Origin: Fimbriosthenelais zetlandica
Lineage: Eukaryota
Direction of reading: 5' to 3'
Assembly (NCBI GenBank): GCA_977030845.1
Contig: OZ365109.1
Coordinates: 61,876,001-61,940,000 of the forward strand
Length of the DNA: 64,000 nt
Positions 62,823 to 64,000 of the stretch are shown piece after piece. Positions within the stretch are counted from its first letter, which is position 1, and every line of letters begins with the position of its first letter. Both the position numbers and the translations under genes were made by a program. The notes beneath the pieces are model-generated. The model did no database searches, was not told where the DNA came from, and worked only from the letters and a program-made list of their open reading frames with translations.

Positions 62823-64000
62823 GTAAGCCAAGCTTTTATTCCATATTCTCTACTCTTATAATCTCTATGTATAATTATGTATGTATATTATGACAAATAG
62901 TTACAGATTTTATTGTATTTAACACGTTTAAACGAATTTTGATGGAGTAGTACTTAATATTTTAGTGCAAATGAAGGTAATTTCTAAATCTCTGAATTAT
63001 TGTCCAATATTAACTTGCAGGACAACTGATGATAAATTAATTCTGTTACAGTAACTGTTGTCTGAACGACTATATAGTATACCTGGATTTAAATTAAGCA
63101 AACAATAGATACCATAATTAATACCAATTAATGCATACATATTATTGTATGTAACATGTAAAGATGATTTAAATTGATGAAGGAATATACAATACTGAAT
63201 CCTATCCATTGTATACTACATAACGATGGAATAGATCGAGGCAGCTCACAAAAGCTCATAATTTTCTGAATGCGAATTGTCGAAGGATGCCAGAGTTAGT
63301 TCAGCCACAACCAGCAATGGTTTTCCCAAGGGGGGATTGCAGAAGAAGGCACTAGCTAGCTCCTGCTAGAACTAGCCCCTCAACCACCCTGTTATACGGG
63401 CGTCAAGCAATCCATTTGTAAATTCTATGACCCAAGGTGAATATTTGATATTGCTCTTCTCCTCGTAACCCTCGATCTTTTCAGCCACTTTGAGTCGGTT
63501 CTGATCTGAGCAACATGGACAGTAACTCGAGGCTATTGACTAGAACACGTACCAGGTTAAGTAACACAGAATGCCTCCTGCTTTTCCCATGAGAAGGTCC
63601 GAAAAGCTCAACTCCTCAATATGCCTGGCAAGGATGGTTGCTTTACCCTAGTTAATGTCATTATATTTAAGAACAATGAACCTTCGTACTTGGAAGATTG
63701 TACCTTGGATGACATAAATGCTTTTCGTCAAATTTGATTAAATCTCTTTCTTACTTTGTCTGAACAAGCTTCAATGTTGAATACACTTCTGAATAATTGA
63801 TTATACGCTGTGGAATACAGCTATATAGTAAGAATTCTTTCCTGCTTCCATTGAGAAAGGCAAAAGTTCAGATGGATAGATTCAGCATGGTTTTATTTAA
63901 GGAGTTCAAACTTTGAACTGCATATAGTCCTGGCCACATGACTGATTTTGTTTTGTTTTGGAGAAGTATTAGTTTTGATCAGGACTGCTGGGAAATGCTA

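Noticed and set aside
1-64000. Known conserved miRNAs, CRISPR arrays, rRNA, intact transposase or retroviral genes
   Set aside because: A by-eye scan for common bilaterian and echinoderm miRNA sequences found none. No repeat-spacer arrays, rRNA or intact TE ORFs were seen.
62823-64000. TARP exon 4 (TM3/TM4, Y.YGWSF)
   Set aside because: No matching translation with splice sites. It presumably lies beyond the window.

Overview
Eukaryotic (metazoan) genomic DNA, mostly non-coding. It is probably from a marine invertebrate deuterostome such as an echinoderm; that is an inference from repeat types and motif bias, not proven. One real protein-coding gene is supported: the first three coding exons of a TARP / voltage-dependent calcium channel gamma subunit (CACNG5/CACNG7-like, PMP22-claudin superfamily) on the + strand, join(13293-13485, 59167-59256, 62682-62822). 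All junctions are phase-1 GT-AG, intron 1 is about 45.7 kb, and the 3' exons lie beyond the window. The rest is a graveyard of very old non-LTR retrotransposon fragments (APE and RT motifs of L1/Tx1, CR1/L2, RTE and RTEX type, recognisable only by eye at protein level), a tRNA-derived SINE, several TIR/foldback MITE-like elements, and simple or minisatellite repeats. No tRNA, rRNA, CRISPR or intact transposase gene was seen. Most interesting unexplained signals: (i) strong excess of the palindromes TAGGCCTA and TACATGTA, with a tandem duplication whose copies differ by TA versus TAGGCCTA, as a TA-targeting transposon excision footprint would; (ii) an uninterrupted ~360-codon frame at 9.4-10.5 kb among decayed fossils; (iii) an open in-frame 5' extension and an MGCC acylation-like N-terminus on the TARP; (iv) a cluster of hairpins and palindromes at 6.6-7.2 kb. 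All family calls on fossils are manual motif recognition and need HMM confirmation.
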